Under the pieces are notes generated by a model. The model was not told the DNA's origin and ran no database searches. It worked only from the letters and a program-made list of their open reading frames with translations. Shown in pieces: positions 62,909-64,000 of a stretch of 64,000 nucleotides of DNA. The position numbers were made by a program, and so were the translations under genes. Source of the DNA: Dimorphilus gyrociliatus (Eukaryota > Animalia > Annelida); the NCBI GenBank assembly GCA_904063045.1, contig CAJFCJ010000001.1, forward strand, positions 496,001-560,000. The letters run 5' to 3'. How positions within the stretch are numbered: the stretch's first letter is position 1; each line of letters opens with the position of its first letter.

Positions 62909-64000
62909 TCACTGGCAAATCCATGATATAAGCTGATCAGCGGCTTGATTAACTTCATTTTCCCTCCTCACTCTGTATACATGAGAACTATCTGGATCTG
63001 ATGCCATTTCGTTTGCTTCATTCATATTTGCTACAGATTGTTTTTGAGGATCATCAAGCGCAACGACAAACACTTCTATATTTCTTTGCCTCATATTTCT
63101 TGCTTCATTTCTTGTATTTCCAGCCTGGAGAGTGATAATTATTAATTTAGTTATATATAGTATATTTTAAAAATTGCCATATTCAACCCTACTCACGTTG
63201 ACGTTGGATTTGGCATCGGTAAAAATTATTGCTACATTATCCGAGCCACCTCTATCGCCTCTTCCTCCGTTAAATACATTGTTATAAGCTAAACGAATGG
63301 ATTCAGCCGCATTCGTTCTTCCTCCAGTTGTACTCCAAGCCAATGAGTATAAGGGACCAAGTTTATTATCATAAGTATTTAGATAAAAGTTGACTTCTGC
63401 TCTATCCGAATACGAAACCATTGCGAATCGGAATCTACCGTTTTGCATTGGAAGTCCATGGATAACTCTTTTAATAATATTTCTTGTAACGTTAAACAAA
63501 TTATCTACGGATCCCGACACATCAACAATGAAGGTTACGTCTTTTGATCTTGAGCATTGACGATCACATCTTTCTCCTCCCCAACTTCCTTGACATCTGC
63601 AGTTAAAACCGTACAACATATCGTCACATTGAGCATTGTTTCGGCAAGCACCATTACATTCATTTTGGTTGTTACTGAATGCAGTAAGAACAGTTGAACG
63701 ATAGTTGGAAAGTTCAGATTGACTACGAATTTGGATAATGTTGCGATCCCATGGTTCACTAGCGATTCCTCTGACTTCTACCCAGTTAACCATATTTCCG
63801 ATTGATACAACAGTTATGTGGATACCCTTTATTTTTGAATTGATAGCTTCAGGTATAGTTTGAGCGGCATTGATGTTTGAGCTTCCATCGGTAAATACTA
63901 AAGCGTAATTTGGAAATTGACTTCCCGATCTATCGCCATTACCACTTGTAAACATTGTTTGGTGCATCACTCTCAAAGCTTCGGCGGTATGTGTTCTTCC
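62909..64000 (-). CDS. vWA-EGF-vWA extracellular matrix protein (matrilin/collagen VI-like modules); 5' end lies outside the window
   Basis: ALVFTDGSSN...KGIHITVVSIG...IASEP (vWA end); ECNGACRNNAQCDDMLYGFNCRCQGSWGGERC (EGF); DVTFIVDVSGSV...FAMVSYSD..T.GRTNAAESI...AIIFTDAKSN (vWA with MIDAS DxSxS). Splices at AAC|GTGAGT to the final exon AGNTRNEARNMRQRNIEVFVV...SWICQ*. Confidence 0.9.

Noticed and set aside
1-64000. CRISPR arrays, rRNA, tRNA or prokaryotic defence systems
   Set aside because: No repeat-spacer array, tRNA cloverleaf with A/B boxes, rRNA-like segment or operon structure was seen. The window is eukaryotic.

Overview
This is eukaryotic (animal) DNA, not prokaryotic: very AT-rich, gene-dense, with many GT-AG introns of about 50-110 nt and abundant AT/AG microsatellites. 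Gene content (twist with an annelid/lophotrochozoan-like layout, ShKT/EGF proteases, vWA-EGF proteins) and extreme compaction suggest a miniature-genome invertebrate, possibly a meiofaunal annelid such as Dimorphilus; this is inference only. I reconstructed about 17 genes by hand-splicing: a 5'-truncated PHB/PHA depolymerase-type esterase with two trefoil domains inserted in its catalytic domain, MRPS12, a GT11 alpha-1,2-fucosyltransferase, one or two unknown minus-strand genes, an intronless dual-UBC (UEV-like + BIRC6-type) E2, SPT16, TRAPPC2L, a small single-pass membrane protein, a large secreted reprolysin-ShKT-mucin-EGF mosaic protease, a C8orf82 homolog, sestrin (with a probable alternative first exon), a divergent Na/K-ATPase beta subunit, SWT1, an RGK GTPase with a CRE-TATA promoter, GINS3, twist, a coiled-coil protein, a secreted LRR protein and a 5'-truncated vWA-EGF-vWA protein. 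The strongest novelty candidate is the intron-containing animal PHA depolymerase with a tandem trefoil insertion. Also notable are the mosaic protease, the dual-UBC E2 and a ~160-bp hairpin-containing element found twice, each time just upstream of start codons. No CRISPR, rRNA, tRNA or intact transposon was recognised. Exon boundaries are manual and unverified by transcripts.
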